Assembly (NCBI GenBank): GCA_028534125.1
Contig: CM052818.1
Location: 37,078,001-37,142,000, forward strand
Source of the DNA: Lama glama
Lineage: Eukaryota
Length of the DNA: 64,000 bases
Reading direction: 5' to 3'
The notes beneath the pieces are model-generated. The model did no database searches, had not been told where the DNA came from, and worked only from the letters and a program-made list of their open reading frames with translations. Numbering within the stretch: position 1 is the stretch's first letter; each line of letters opens with the position of its first letter. Below are positions 63,816 through 64,000 of the stretch, one piece after another. Both the position numbers and the translations under genes were made by a program.

Positions 63816-64000
63816 GAGAGTTTTACTCAAGCTGGTTAGTGAAATAATTGGGGTTGGAAATAGATCTTCCAGTTCCTACCACAGAGGTCTTTTCTTCTAT
63901 CCCAGGTAGCCAAATCTATCTTTTAATTTTCTGTGGTAGGAAGATTTCTTATGTTTTCATCCAAACCTCTAGAAAGGAGAGATGTCTTCCTTCCTGGACA

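Noticed and set aside
1..64000. CRISPR-like arrays, tRNA/rRNA/snRNA genes, intact transposase or retroviral gag/pol/env
   Set aside because: I saw no regularly spaced repeat-spacer structure or recognisable RNA gene, and all mobile elements appear truncated or decayed.

Overview
Mammalian (eutherian) genomic DNA that looks intergenic or deep-intronic. I can support no protein-coding gene, RNA gene, processed pseudogene or CRISPR-like system. The only ORF with recognisable protein is a LINE-1 ORF2p C-terminal remnant (12590-12916). The window is a mosaic of old interspersed repeats: L2, MIR, CR1/L3, L1M-class LINE-1 fragments, MaLR/ERVL/ERV1 LTRs and hAT/Tigger DNA transposon relics. There are also a few younger cetartiodactyl-type L1 3' ends, microsatellites and a 500-N assembly gap. 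The young L1 tails, plus no visible Alu, B1/B2, Bov-tA, PRE-1 or SINEC elements, suggest a camelid (inference). Between repeats lie repeat-poor blocks with AT-rich, homeobox-motif-dense islands resembling conserved non-coding enhancers (unverified). The most notable items are three copies of one uncommon hAT element, nested insertions with readable target-site duplications, an LTR-internal-LTR MaLR provirus, three copies of a very old repeat I could not name, and candidate enhancers. Repeat family names come from recalled consensus sequences, not a search, and boundaries are approximate. I found no convincing new biological system.
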